Shown in pieces: positions 46,396-60,639 of a DNA stretch of 64,000 nucleotides. The stretch comes from Lama glama. Lineage: Eukaryota. Position numbers and translations under genes: made by a program. How positions within the stretch are numbered: the first letter of the stretch is position 1; each line of letters starts with the position of its first letter. The DNA lies in the NCBI GenBank assembly GCA_028534125.1, contig CM052818.1, positions 46,192,001-46,256,000 on the forward strand, in the 5' to 3' direction. The notes beneath the pieces are model-generated. The model searched no databases, had not been told where the DNA came from, and was given only the letters and a program-made list of their open reading frames with translations.

Positions 46396-49300
46396 AGTCA
46401 GGGAAAACCAGATTCCAAACACAAAAACTTAATTTGAGCTGATGGCTCTACCAGAGATGTAGAGAGAATGACATGACAGGATGGATCCCAGAGTTCTCCC
46501 GTCCCCTTCTTCCAGAAAGTGCAAAGTGCTCTGAAACTTCACAAGGTCAGAAAAGGGAGGCTGAACTCAAAGAAGGGGCTTGAATTCCCCACCACCACCC
46601 CCTAGGCTGGTGGTCAGCTCAGAGCGCGGTCCTCAGGCCTGGCTCTCAGTCACATGGCCAGGTCTCACCCCAGCTCCTCGCTTCCCCGCTGGGTGACTTC
46701 AGTCCAACTACTGCACCTCTTGTCGTGAGGACACCTGCTTGCAGCGCTTTGCAGGACTACACGAGATGATGTATTTAAGCATTTAGCCCAGGGTTTTGGA
46801 AACACCAGCTGTGATTATCGCAGCAGCACGGAAAGAAGAGGGGCAGGAGGTGGCCTAGGTGGAGGGGACCCGGCCAGCTCTTCTCGGCTGAGGCACCACT
46901 CACTACCTCACCGCCCCCCTGCGGCTGCCAGAGCTGCACCCATCGCACCTGCTCCTACCACCCAAGCCCCCACGTCCACTCACGCGGGCTGCAGCCACCG
47001 GGGTTCGGGGCGCGCAGGTCAAGCCCACGCCCCCAGGGGTGGCAAACACCACTACTGCCTACCTCGCCTAACAGATCCACCGCCTGGGTGTTTATAAAAC
47101 TCAGACCAGCGTCAACTGTGCAGATGGACTTTCCCCGGCTCTGCACGCACAGACAGTTCCTGTGGGCTTGTGGGCAAGTGGAGATGTGCCACCTCATCTG
47201 ATTCTCACAACAGTGCTGTCGACATTCAACCGTCCCCTCCGGCAGCTGGCCAGCTCCGAGGGTAGCCCTGCTTTGCTGGGCTGAGCTCTCCTCGCGGGGC
47301 TCCGGAGACAGCGTGGAGCGCAGGCTGCTCCTGGGGACTGTCAGGCTTGGTAACTGACAGGCTGCCTAATGAAACTGTACGGGGCTCTCATGACGGGCAG
47401 CAGGGTTTAGGCCGTTTCAGTATTTGCTGTGGGGCGGTCACAGGGTGAACTCCCCAGGAAGGAGCAAGAGAGAAACTGGACCCTTCACTTATTTTTTAGT
47501 GTAGCATCGCTTGCCCAGGGCTCTGGGGCCCTGTGCCCTGAAGGCTATCCCTACACAAGCACACGTCCAGATCTGCTTTAGGCAACACCACACCCCGTGG
47601 AAGTTCACTCTGCCAGTGCGACTTCCCTTTTGCCCGCCGTTTTTGGGAAAGACTAAGGCTTTTGGAGAAAAGCGATGAACTGAACGTACGATGCATTTGG
47701 CGTGTGTTCAGAAAGAGGGGCACCTTATACTTGCAAAGGACAGGGCATGCTTGAGGGCCCTGAATCCCAGAAGAACAGTTCCGACCTCTGTAAGCAGACG
47801 CAAATCTGGCTGCTCCCTGCTTCCTGCCTATTTATATCTCTCAGCAACCCCCAAACCCATCTGGGGATTCACAGGCCACCAGACGTCTCTGGCTTCCCTT
47901 TCAACAGATTCATCTGCAGATGGTGTGCTGTTCTGAGATAAAGCCAGAGCAGTATCCGCCTTTTAATCTGGAAGTAAAACAGTAGCTTATTCAGCCACAG
48001 AGCTGACTTCACCTTGGACTTGTTGATTCATTACATACGTATTTCCCACCACAAATAACACATTATGGTGGGAAATACAAAAAAACCAGTACGCTACAAT
48101 TCATTAGAAAAACATATGTAAATACCTAGGTGTAATATAAAATGGGAAGAAATGTTTTAAAATAGAGCTAAATGCTACAGGAGCAGAGGAGCCCAGTGAC
48201 TAATTTCACCCGAGGAGGTATCAAGGCAGGGGGCACGCTGCCTTCACACTGGCCATCTGCCCTTATTTGGAAAAAAAAGGAGAGGAGTAAACATTCTTTT
48301 CGTTTGTGCCAAGGTTGGGGGGGGGGCCTCAATGCAGATGGAACATTTGTATTGAAGAGCCCCAAGCAGACAGTATTCATTTTTTAGAATCATCTAGCCC
48401 CAGAATAAACCAATTCTCTGCTTTTACAAAGTATCCCTGGTACTTGGAAGAAATTTGTTATCATCAACTACAAAGCTGATCAATATTAGAGCATTTCGGG
48501 AGACCCGCCCCCTCACTGGGAGAGCAGGTGTCCGTCAGACAGTAAGTATCACAGTGGACCATGATGTTTCCCACCCTAAACAGACCTTCTCATGAGTCAG
48601 CTCACCCCCGGGTAACTCTCCAGCTGAAGTCTGACTTGGGAGGACCCTAATTTCCCATGGTGTGTGGAATCAGCGCAGGGCGTGCGTGCTGCCCCGTCGC
48701 CCATGGTAAGGAAGCAGGGCTGCTACCGCCAACCAAATACGGGATGCGGACCTCCTCACCCCCTGACGTGCATCCCAGCAACTCTGAGGCGGGGCGGCTG
48801 TACTTCTGTTTCTATTAGAGGAAAAGGGCTCGGGGAAGTTGACGAGCCTGCCCAGCCCCCACGATCGGGTAAGGCTGCGACTTTCTGTGCCCTGTAATGC
48901 CTCTCCAGGTATGGGTTAGGACACACGTTTGGAACTTAGGTCTTCATCAGAAGAGGATGGTAGCTGTAAGCCCTGTACCTGGCATCCACGCCTCATCCAG
49001 TCTCAAGGAAACACCACACCTGGACCTCTGCTCCAGGACTCAAACATGAATTGACTCTAATGCAATACCAGCCAGTCCTCGCCGCGGACGCTGACACCTG
49101 TGAGGGTGTGTAATGGACAGGGACTCGTTCCTTCCATTAGTTTGTCGGAGCGCCCTTACCGTATTAAGTCACCTCACCCCAGCGTGCAAGAACAAGATCC
49201 TGCAACTTCATCTTCCAAGCATGCTCCCACACAATGGTTACAGAGATCTGCATTCTCTGCTTTTGCAAAAGGCTGGACCTACACGTTTGTAACACTCTCC

Positions 49301-50075
49301 AAGCCGCTGCGCCCTGTCCAGAAAAAGCTGTGCCAGCAGCTCAATCTCAGGCCATTTCAAGGGAAAGGCTGTCCCCGTGACATCATCCTACCACCCTAGC
49401 CCTCATGCAGAGACAGGCCACCCACCCTGAACAGGGCTGGGGTCTCTAGGGGGCAGGCCAGCCACTGCCCTGACCAGCTGGTCTCCCATCCGCCTCTCTC
49501 AAGGACCAGGGTGCTTGGGGTGATTTATGCTTTGTGTGATAAGACAGGCAGAAAATTCCCCTCTTGTCAGCGCTGCCTCCAGGGCCGGCTAGATGCACAA
49601 TGAGGCACCAAAGCTTCTTAATCACGTTTTGTGTCAACACTAAAGCAAAAACAGAAATTTTCTTCGAAGGAAACACCACACATTTGCAAGGGCATTGGGA
49701 AAGACAAGGAGACATAATCCTGTGTCTGTGAGAACTAACCTCTCAGAGGCGGGGGTGGGGGCAGGCAGGGAGAGTGAGTGACGACCCTCCCCAAGGCGGA
49801 AAGGCAAGGGTGCACCCACACACCACCAGCAGAGGGCGACGCTCACAAGATCTGCCAACCTGCTTTCCTGCGACTTCTAAGGAAAACCGCCACACCAAAT
49901 TTCACTTTGGACACATAAAAAGGTTCAAGTGACTTAAGAAAAAACACCTCAGGCTGATTTCCTCCCTAAAGGAGCAACAACAGATGCACCCACACCTGCT
50001 ATTCCCCTGCCTGTGGGGGCCCAGGTACCAGGCCAACCTTTGGTCAGTAAGCCAGCACAGCCAGCCCGTACTTAC

Positions 50076-50170
50076 ATGTCGCTGCCCGGGTTGGGTTTGA
50101 CCGAGTCCTCGGCTGGAAGGCAGCCCTCCATAATCTCATTAAAGCCTGCGTTCCCAATATTCTTGGCAAG
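50076..50170 (-). CDS. ASAP2: ASAP2 exon (LAKNIGNAGFNEIMEGCLPAEDSVKPNPGSD[M]), ArfGAP domain
   Basis: 95 nt; CACAG/GTAAGT boundaries; GN..N motif. Confidence 0.96.
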
Positions 50171-50554
50171 CTGTGGAAACAAAAGTCCATTTCAGGGTGC
50201 TCAATTATTAATAATACCTTCCACTGCTACACAGCACTTGCACATCTGATGATTTATTTAATGGCCACTAAGAAATAGAGCAATAAAGTGGTTTGCCTTT
50301 AATGAAGTTGGACAAAACCCAAACCCCAAAGGTACCCATAAAACCAGAGAAGCGGCAGTGTGCCTGTTACAGGGGAGTGTTCTTATAAAGCATTCCCTGC
50401 ACGAGGACCTGCAGGGCGGAGCAGAAACTTGGCCCAATTCAAGTTTCCACCCTCTCCCCGCAACTCGCCCTCAGAACCCCTGAGATCCAGCTGAAACTCA
50501 GAGATCTAACACCCTTTACCTACACCTGCGAAAGGGGGGCTCACCCAGTGAAGA

Positions 50555-50740
50555 GGGTGCTGGGCCAGGAAATCAAAATGTGGGTTCAAATCATGGTTTT
50601 ATTTGCCGGCTCTGTGACCCCAAGCAAGTCAGTTTACCTGAGCTTCGACTTGTTAATAGTAAAATGGGGACGATACCTACCTTGCCAGGTTGTAACAATG
50701 GGAAAGTGGGGTAACTCAGGTGAAAACGTTCACCAAACTA
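50555..50740 (+). mobile_element. MIR fragment
   Basis: TGGGTTCAAATC...TGTGACCCCAAGCAAGTCA...GTAAAATGGGGA. Confidence 0.65.
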
Positions 50741-53700
50741 ACGCACTAAGAATGTACCTGTTCCAATATAAGGTCCCCACGAGCCGAGCAACTCTCCGCT
50801 TGTCAGAAATGAACACGTTTTCGTTAACGCTCACTGAGGACGGGCACATGCTTCATGCAGCAGGTACTGAGACATAAACGTCACGTCTGTCTGAGGCTGC
50901 CCTGCGTGGGGCACCTGGCGCTCTCCTGCATAGATGCACGGATCTGGAGCGGCCAGGAGCACCATCAGAGATCAGACTCAATGCCGAACGAAACAAAGAA
51001 AGGGAGCACGCAGCCCAGTACTCCGCAGAGAACAGACATTTTCATTTCCACGTTGAAAATGATCCCCTGGGGGCATGACACTTCTGACGCTTCTACTCTC
51101 AATGAGTCAGTGGACAAAGGGTGAGTGGGGATTATGTGGGGATGTCCTGGGAGGTAAGGCTGCACCCCAACTGCCTCTTCTCTCCAGGGGAGCTGGCTGA
51201 AGGAACAGCCAAAGGGATCTGGGTCAGAGAAGGCCGAACTTCCTGGTGGGAAGTAACAAGAAGCAGCGAGGGGATAGTGAGGGAGACCGAGGACGGGGGA
51301 AACTCGCAGGACAGCCTAACAGCTGGGCGAGGAGCCTTCCTAATTTTACCCTGTCCGTGGTAAGTGAACAGAGCTTCTGGAGGCCCAAAGCACCAAGCTC
51401 TAACCAGCTCTGCCTTGGTCCTGTCTCGGCCCCGCAGCCTCCAGGCAATGTCGTGTGGCACAAGCCCAGGTTGCCTCACTGCAGCTTCCCCGGAGACGGG
51501 GCGGACGGTCAGGGTGGCACACCACATGGGTGACGCAGCGTACCACGGAGCCAACACCCCCAGGATTTCGTGGGCACCTGGTGGGGCACCTGGTGTCAGG
51601 GCCAGACTGAGGCTCAGTGTTAAGGCCCCTATTTAGGGCCAGGCATGCTCTAATGCCCCCTCTTGCAGTGCAATGTGATCTCAAGTGCATGACAGAACAC
51701 GCCACAGCGCACGCCCTGCGAGCCTCCTGGTCTGCAGGCAAAGGGGAGGGGGCGAGGAGAATTCCCCGGAATCGGAAAGCTGCTTCCCTTCTGCTTGGGC
51801 CTGGCTGGTTTACGAGGGACGGCGGGTCCAGGGAGCCACCACATCTGTGCGTGACACCCGTCAATGCAGAGATGTGCTGTCTCTCAGTTTCATCAAGTTC
51901 CAGTGAATATTTCCGCCTGCAGAGAACCCTTTGGAACCATAAACAAAAGCAAAAAAAGCATTTGCAGAAGGAGGCTGCAGGGTCGTGAGGAGAGAATGTG
52001 GGGCCTGGCAGGCCTGAGGGCAGGAGCCACGGCAGCGGGAAGGCTGGTTAAGCAGCCCCGACACACGTGCCCTCCACTGCCAGGCACGGGCCCAGGACCC
52101 GGGGGCTGCGCCAAGGCGGATCGGCCATGGCCGGTCCAGGGGAGTCGGGCATTTAAGTGCTGCATCGCTCAGGGAAGCGAGCCCAGCCCCCATCAGTCCA
52201 GGAACGCACACGGAGCCCTCGGGGGTGCTGGGATCCACGCACGGGACATGGGCCTGCTCCGGGGCTTGGTGCGATGAGACAGAGGTGATGAAAAAGAAAG
52301 GAAGGGCTCTGTGATGAGGGCTGGACGGAGCACTACAGGAAGGGAGACTGCGAGGGGAAGCCAGCAGAGCAGGCGCCTGGTCGGGAGGGACGACCACTCC
52401 CACACCCACCTTGCGGGGTTATCCTGAGAGCGCGGCTCCCTCACTGCACTGAGCGCCCCGAGGACGGGGACCAGAAGTGTTCCTGGAGACCTGAGCATCT
52501 ACCCTCACAGGGTTCGCAGAGCCAGAAAGGACCTAGATTTTCTCTAGAAACCGTTCAGAGTTTGGGGGACTTCCTGTCCCCTGCTTTCACGTGGAGGGAC
52601 ACCAGTTCCCATGACAATCCTGTCTTTGTGCCCCCGGAGGAGAGGAATGGACACGTGAGAGAAGCGACTCCCCCAACAGAGGGGCTGAAAAGAACAAGGC
52701 GCCCCCGGGACGCAGCACCAGGGTGGTCTGCGCCTCCTGCCCCCACCTGGGTGGGCGAGACCCAGTCTGAGGCTCGGCTGTCACCGCATGTGTGAACCAG
52801 GCCCGCCAGCTGGGCTGCTTTCAACAACAAACCAGACTTCTGATCTCTCAAGTGGTTCCCAATTCAGGTAGGAAATGGGATATTGTCTGCAGGGCACCCT
52901 CAGATCCCAGGAGGCTGGAAGGCTTAGAGCGCAAGGCACGCCTTTAAGACACAAATGGATGACAAAGGCCCCGGGGACGTGAAGGAGCAGGACCCTGGCT
53001 CTGAAGGCAGAGTGAAGAAACTGCAGCGTGCTCCATCACTGCCTCCAAAATACTCCGTGGTGGGTGAAAAAACGTGTATGTTTCACTCGAGTCTTTAAAA
53101 ATTCTTCTTTTGATATATTTCATAAAGTATATAACACACTTCTTAGTAAGTCATACAAATATCGCTGTACATCACCTACGTGTATGTCTGTTCTGGTGCT
53201 CAATTTTTTCTGATAGGGTTTGTGGTGAAAAGAAGTTCAGGGCTGTGGTTTAAGAAAAAAGACGAGAACATAGGCTCTGACCTCATTTTTTTAAATGGAG
53301 CTCTCAGCTTAGGTATCACAAGAAGAACCTAGAACAATGCCTGAAGCGTAGTAGTTGCTCAATGAACGGTGGCTGGTTGCATGCTTCCTGCTGCTCTTTG
53401 CATCCTGAGTGGCCTTATTTCAGTCCCAGGGAGGCAGCAGTACAGTCTGTAAGGAAGCCCTGGGTTTTGGGCGGCTTCCCCCTACGCTCCCTCTCCCAGG
53501 TCTGGCTGTGGGCAGTTCAACTTTATACTGAACGGCCTGTTAACAGCCTCATGAGAAGGGAGGCAGGACAAAGTCACAAAACAGTACGTGCTCCTGAGGG
53601 TTTCTGACCCTTTTTTTTTTTTAAAGCTTTTCAAAGATTTGATTTGATTTTAAAAATAGGCAGAATTGATTGGCTTTCTATGAGCATCCGATGTAACATG

Positions 53701-55003
53701 ACTGACAGACAGAACAGGTAATAGTCACTATCAAAGGTGTCACAGAGAAAAATACACAAAATATGACCTGTTTTTCTGCCTTTGCATGTATATTGAAGTA
53801 ATATATTTAATTAAAAATGTATTTAATTTTTAAAGAATCTGAATCTGAATTCTTCCTGAACAAGTGTTTATAATTAATCAGTATTTTGGTCTAACCTTGT
53901 TTTTCAATGGAAGATTTTTAAGTTACTGACTCAAATTCAATTCCATAATGTTGAAATTTCCTTTACTGATTTCACTTATGATGTGAAATTGATCACATGA
54001 TACTGGAACCTTAGGACCAACTGTACTGTTTTATGTATGACCTGAAAATCAGAGCTAAAATCATAATCTTCCATGTTAAGGAGGAAATTCATCTTTTTAA
54101 AATCTAGGCTGTCAGGAGGTTTTCTGAAAGCAGATTTGCTTTAAAATCTAAGGATATTAAGTGGGTGCATGTTAAAGTAGTTAAGATGGCACAGCTTCCA
54201 CGAACTAATCAAATGAATAAGTCAATTCCCCCAGTGTCTTTCCACTGAATAAGAAGTGATTCTAAAAGCAGGCAAAGGGAAGAAAAAGTGACTGCTAACC
54301 AGCCACCTTCACAGGTGCTGCGGAAATCATTCAGTTAACATGGAAATCAAGCATGCTTTGAAACAAAAACAAATTAAAAAGGAAATGGTGAAATCTCCAC
54401 AACATACCATCAGGGAAAACTGTTTGCAAACCCCAGGGCAGAAAATGATTTTCAGAATTAAGCAAAAGACTTATCCTGAGGTACACGGGGAGGATGTGTT
54501 GGGGGGCAGAAGTGGCATTTTATGGGGTGAGAGTGTTTATTTAGAACATAATGCCAGCCAGGAAATGAGAACTCCTGCTCGTGGACCGCCGTTTCCACCG
54601 GGCCATTCAGAAGCCCCTCTCCCGTCACAGCACATCCCTGAGGTGCGGGCCCTTACACTGCTCTGGGGAGCAGCTCCGCCCAGCCTGTGCCCATGGATGC
54701 GTCGGGAAGTTATTTTCCAGTTCACCCTCTTATTTCTTTAACAGAGTACGAGGAGCCTAATTAACATCCACCGCACAAGAAAACATACAGTGAGGAACAA
54801 ACCAGTCAAAGAGCCGGACATCACAGCTCTGTGAACATGAAAGGTCCACAAACGGAGCAGACAGTCCGGGTGGGGCCTCGTTGTGGATTCACATGTCAGG
54901 ACACGAGGATCATTTTTCTGGAAGGATTTTGTTAAAATCATCTTTGAGGAGGAGATGATAATGATAGCTAATACTTTATAGTTCTTACGTGCCAGACGTA
55001 ATT

Positions 55004-55024
55004 ACACACACACACACACACACA
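55004..55024. repeat. (AC)10 microsatellite
   Basis: Directly visible. Confidence 0.9.
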
Positions 55025-55584
55025 GCCTTCAGGAGATCCTTTGTCCACGCATCTGACCGTCTCAGTAAAATAAGATAACCAGGTACTCTAAGGCGGCTTG
55101 AAATTCTCATGATTTACCAAGGATACTAACGACTAACACACACTCTCCATCCACCGCCTCACCCACCGGCTGAGGAGCAGGGGGTGGTCAGGCCCACAGC
55201 GATGGGGCTGGGGGAGGGGAGGGGAGGACCAGACAGGCAGAGGTCAGGGGCAAGCCGAGGGCCTCTGCCCTTTGTTTTCTGATAACCACTGAGGAAAAGA
55301 GGCTTAGATAAGGGAGAGTCTAAAGCTGTGGCAGAGATGAGATTTTGGAAATATCTGCAGATAATAACTGAGCAGCCTCTGCCTGGTTTCTCCAGAGCGG
55401 CTGAGAGCTGGTCAAACTATGAGAATACAGAGACAGGCTCCGGGTGACAGAAATGAAGATCTGAACTGGGGGGTCAGAGCCACTTCATCCTTTCCACCTG
55501 CTTTGATGCTTCCCTGTGCAGGAGGCAGCAGACTCGCGTGGATCACAGTTAAACTTCTGAGACACAGAAATTTAGCAGCTGTAA

Positions 55585-55952
55585 CAGATGTGTTGGGATC
55601 AGGCTCCTACCAGCTTACACGAGCCAACTGTTAAACAGCCATCATTAAAAATTACATTAGATAAACTCATGATCCAATAAATTACACTAAAAACAAAGTA
55701 ATAAACACCCATAACTTCCTACTTTCCTACATCTTACTGTTTTCCACGTTTCGAAGTTACTTACGATCACTGCATTTGTGGTGAACTTACCACATAACAC
55801 GTGCTAGGAAACCTCTCTTTCCCACGGCAGGCTCAGTAATTCACACTGCGGCGCAAAAATGGTCGCGGTGGGATTACTTACATCCCGTGACTGGGCGGAC
55901 TACAAAGCAGGGCTTTTTTCTCTCCCAGAGAGCTGGCTGTTAAACATTCACT
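55585..55952. mobile_element. MER63-like hAT relic
   Basis: GGCTCCTACCAGCTTACACGAGCCAACTGTTAAA start and GAGAGCTGGCTGTTAAACATT end; family from recall. Confidence 0.45.
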
Positions 55953-56079
55953 GGGGATGAAGATGGGGGATGAGGAGGGACAGCAGTGACATTTAAATGC
56001 TTCCCACAGGGTGAGACAACCCACCGCAAAGGTCAGCTTGCATCCCAGGCTCCTCAAGGGCTAAGAGCGTGGGCTCTGG

Positions 56080-56270
56080 GATCAGATTAAAGAGGCCCCC
56101 AGCCCAGATCCGGTGCTTTGATAACTCCATAACCTTAGTCTTGCCAAACATTCGAAGCTCAGTTCCTCCTTTGTGCATGGGCACAGTACATCCCCCGTCA
56201 CAGGGCTGGGGTGAGGAATGAATGAGCTAAAACACATAAAACTCTTTGCAAAGTGCCTCGACCACAATCA
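56080..56270 (-). mobile_element. MIR fragment
   Basis: CTCAGTTCCTCCTTTGTGCATGGG...GTGAGGAATGAATGAGCTAAAAC MIR-like core; orientation and limits uncertain. Confidence 0.4.
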
Positions 56271-57551
56271 GCAGCGATCACTTCCACACACGCCACTTAA
56301 CACTTCCCACTGTTTTGAAAAACCAGTAGGGCAGCACCGTAGCTGCCCCAGTTTGCCGGTGCTCACCGAGAAGTCTGTGCGTCTCTGAAAATATAGTGAC
56401 AACTTCAAATCTACACCACCATCAGTCACCCAGGACGCCGCCTGTATACACACAGCTCCGTGACGGAGGCTGGACGGAAAATGACGTTAACTGTAACTGC
56501 ACTGTGTAACCAGGGACGTACTGCCTGGGTCCTGCTGAGTGAGGCCAGCTGAGTTCTGAACTTGAAGTAACCAGGGAGGTTGCTAACCGGGCTACCAGAA
56601 TCCACTCTAGTTTCTCCCAGCCTTGTCTTTCAAGACCATAAAGGAATTCCTTGGAGAGACTGGAAGGATTGGAGGAGACAGTTCTAAATGTATTCCCAGT
56701 TCAGACACGCTGGATCCGGAGTAGTCAGCCGTAAGCTGTTCGGCCCCTGGAGAGGTCTATTGACCACAACCACTGATCTTCTGTCAAGACTATTGCTCTT
56801 GACATGAAAATCAGTGGCAGTCGATATCCACTTAATATTTACTGTCCAAGGCTCAGCTACCTCTAGAGAGAATATCAAACACTGCTTTCTAATCAGCAGT
56901 TACAGACTTTGAAAACCGTCCAAAGAGCTCGTGTTTTAGGTGCCCAAAAGCACGGCCAAGGTGTGATGTGCTTGCTCCTCAGGGGGCCACAGTCTCGACG
57001 CTCTGAAAGCCACTTCACAGAAAATGCTGCAATTGCCTAATATCGATCTGCATTGCATGGCTTATGTGTTATCACTGAACTGAGAATAAGAGACTTCTTA
57101 GAAATAAAGGCAGGAAAAAGCAAAGACCAATCTCTCCCCGAAAAGGCGACAATAAGGGGCGGAGTATAACCGGAGGCTCGAGCCAGGTGGTGACCGCAGA
57201 CTTGGAGGAAATCAGCTGATGACTCAGGGAGGAGTCCTTCCCTGTCTCCGTGCTTGGGCATGTGCACCACTTGGTGACTGGGGTGTGCTGGACCCTGCCA
57301 CCAACTTGTTCCAGAATCTTACATCAGTCTCCATGCCCCTTTTTGAGTTTACTTCACTTGATTCATTGCAAAGAATGAAGCTTTGCAACCCTTACTGGCT
57401 AGGAGCTGAGGAGGAGGAGCTGCCAGTAAGTTTCTCATTGCCCAGACTCACCTGGCAAATACCAACAGCTAGAGGCCCAGTGGAATTTAAAGTAACCAAA
57501 TTGGACTCCAGGGCCAAAATTAAAACTTAGCTTTCAACTCATCTGTTTTCA

Positions 57552-57743
<192 letters not shown>

Positions 57744-57991
57744 CTAAGAAGAGGGCCAGGGTCAGATTTGTTCTCGCATAGTTACCAAACATGGAGTTTT
57801 GATTCATCGTGAGCATTGTTTTGATCCCAGATGCAGTAGGAACCCTCGTTCATCAATTACCACCGAGTTACACACATATGTACGTATCTGTCCTCCCTCC
57901 CCTTCCCACGGCTCCACCTGTCCATCCTTCCATTCACTTAACGAAGGACTCCCAAGGGAAAGGAGCTGTGCGCACAAGAATAAACGGGACA

Positions 57992-58010
57992 CAGCGCCCT
58001 CTAGTGGCCA
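57992..58010 (-). promoter_or_regulatory. CTCF-binding motif
   Basis: Reverse complement reads TGGCCACTAGAGGGCGCTG, near-consensus CTCF core. Confidence 0.75.
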
Positions 58011-59848
58011 GTGATCTTTGGACACTGACCACTCCCATCACCAACCTGGTTGCACCAGCCAAGGGGAGCGAGAGGAACGGGGTCTGCCAGTCTAGTACTA
58101 CACGGGGAACAGTCTTAACACGCACTCGCCTGTATGTTCCCAAAGATGCTGATAATACCGACAGAGAACACACCCTACACGCTGATGCTGAAAGTGATGT
58201 GCCGAAGCTCTGTGTTCAGCAGTTTGGTAGCAGCAATAATAGCTCGAATTGTCAGAGCTTCAGAAATTGCACGTGCTTTCATATAATACCTCATTTAGTA
58301 CAGGCAACAGTGCCTGGAGGCGAACAGGGCAGGTGTCTTCACAACTGTGCTCAGAAAGGTGAAGGGTCTTGCTCGAGGCTGCAGAGCTGGACTGCAGCCC
58401 TGCCTGTTTTCTTACTCACTGATGCACCCTACCATGTGCCAAGCACATAGTAGGTACTCAAGAAATGCTTGACGGATGAATGCTTAATTTACTGAATACA
58501 GGGAATTCAAAAGAAAACACACCTGGGCATGTGATCACAGTCCAGAAGTACAAATCTCTTTAGAATTACTAGTTCCCTCAGAAACTCATAGCAAGTCAAT
58601 ACTGCAACTGTAGTCACTAGCTAATTGTGAAGTTACTTTTTAAATGTTCAAGTTACAAAAGTTTTATTCAAGTTAGGAAATAATTCTGGGCACCAGGGTT
58701 TTTTCACTTCACTAGACCTTTTCTACTGTATCGACTGTGTCATGCTTTTGGTAGGTACAAGTGTACATTTTTATATCACTCGCATAGTCTTAGCATTTTA
58801 AAACAAAGATGTCATAGCTCTGACTTCTCTCTGAGAGTGTTTTAAAAGTCCAAGCACTACACTGTGCTCATCTAAGAAAAAGCAGGATTCGCGACCCCCG
58901 CCATCACCTCATCTCCTGCCAGAGACGTGTTTTAATGGTCCAAGACCCCATGAAGTAATTCCTCAAATTATCCCCAAATACAGCCTCCAGGGAAACAGAA
59001 ACCCCGTGGCACTCCTCAACTTCTACTCGATTTCTGTGGTGTTTGTTTTGAGTAGAAACTGTCACAGAATTAGAGGAATGAAAAGGTAAATGACCATCCT
59101 AACTACGCCACAACCTTTCTCATTTTACAAATACTCAGAGAACAGTACTCTCCAGCTCCCCTGACCCCAGCCTCATAGCATTCCATCTTAATGACAAACA
59201 TGAGTCAACTCCTTAAACTTTTCAAATGACTGGTGTTAAAATCTGTAAAGATACTCTGGGTCCATTAAAAAGGAAGCCCCAGTAGGCTTCATCAAAACGC
59301 AGAAAGAAAACATCTCATTTCACAGAATGTGGTAGCTGGAAGGGGCCCCCAGAACAATCCCAGCCGGTTCCTTCACTTTCCAGACAGGAAAACTGACATC
59401 TAACAAAGCCAGTGGCTCTTCCAGGTCACAGGCGAGACAGCGGCTTAAAGCTGCTGCAGGTGTCCCACAGAGCTGTACAGTGGAGGGCGGATTAAGCCCC
59501 GGAAAGAGCTGCAGCCTCCGGGGCCAACGTAACGACCGGATGACCGTGACTTCACCTCGCTGGGCGCTGTTTTCATTTCTCAGAAAGCAATGAAATCGTT
59601 TCAGCTCTGTTGGGCCCCTTCACACAGCCCTGTTCTGAGGGCCTGCAGGCAAGCACCTTCCCACCCTGCCCCCCATGCAGTCTGCACACAGCTCAGTAAG
59701 CATTTGTGCGATGGGGCGAGCTCAGGCTGGGCTGCACTGAACTCTGTGTCTGAAATGACAGGGAAAATCAATGAATGGATTCTGTGAATCGGAACAGGAT
59801 TTAAATGTCCTAGAGCTGGTGGGGGTGGGGCGGGGGTGGCTGGGTCAC

Positions 59849-60015
59849 CTGGTGCCCCGCAGTCACAACACACGTCATTGCCCGTCATCCTCTGGACCTC
59901 AGAGATGATCTCCTTTGTCAGTTCCTGGACTATGTTGTTTTCTCCCGTATTGTCATCGCCCTTAAAGGCATTGTTTAAAGCTTCTTCCTTGCTGTTCTGC
60001 AGCACAGACATCCAT
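59849..60015 (-). CDS. ASAP2: ASAP2 exon (WMSVLQNSKEEALNNAFKGDDNTGENNIVQELTKEIISEVQRMTGNDVCCDCGAP), end of PH and start of ArfGAP domain
   Basis: 167 nt; TAG/GTGAC boundaries; PH C-terminal Trp and first CxxC. Confidence 0.97.
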
Positions 60016-60094
60016 CTAGAAAAATAACAGTCACGCTGTGTTAGATCCCAAGGACAACTGCTGAGGCCCAAGGTCCCACCTGCCAATGACTTAC

Positions 60095-60143
60095 ATTTGA
60101 CACTCCTGTTCATCCTCTGCTTGAAAGTGGTACGTCCTGTCAT
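60095..60143 (-). CDS. ASAP2: ASAP2 exon (DRTYHFQAEDEQECQ[I]), PH domain; upstream exons lie beyond the right edge
   Basis: 49 nt; TTGCAG/GTAAGT boundaries; RTYHFQAE PH motif. Confidence 0.95.
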
Positions 60144-60639
60144 CTGCAAGGGAAAGAGAGGTTTCATCAATTGTGAGCGTGGACAGTAATCCGCACGGTT
60201 TGTCATTAACCTCGGGGATAGTCCTAACTTCACTAGGAAATCAATGATTTGTATACAGTCAAGCCCTCCCTCCTGTCCTTCACAGGGGACAAGGGGACAA
60301 GGTTGGGAACTGTGGCTTTGTAATGCAAATCGGAGAGCCAGCTGGCTCCTTGGTTCAAGTCTAAAGCAATGCAGCCAGCCGAAGCTATTCAATGAAAACC
60401 ATCACTACCCTTTCAAAAGCTTTTTTTTTAACTTGCTACAGAGTTGGCCCCCAAAAGTAATCGTTAAGGCCTTCTGAATGGTAAGGGCCTTTTCTAAGGT
60501 GAGTACCTTACAAGCTTTCTGGAATTCTTAGCCCCAAATGCATAATCTCTGTCCAGTTGTGGGAAAGCATCAGAGAAGCCCAAACTAAGGAACACCGGAC
60601 CAAAAAACTGATCAGTCATCTTCAAAGAAAGTATCAAGG

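Noticed and set aside
59601..60392. 263-aa ORF as a standalone gene
   Set aside because: It is one ASAP2 exon plus open intronic flanks; the preceding exon is in a different frame.
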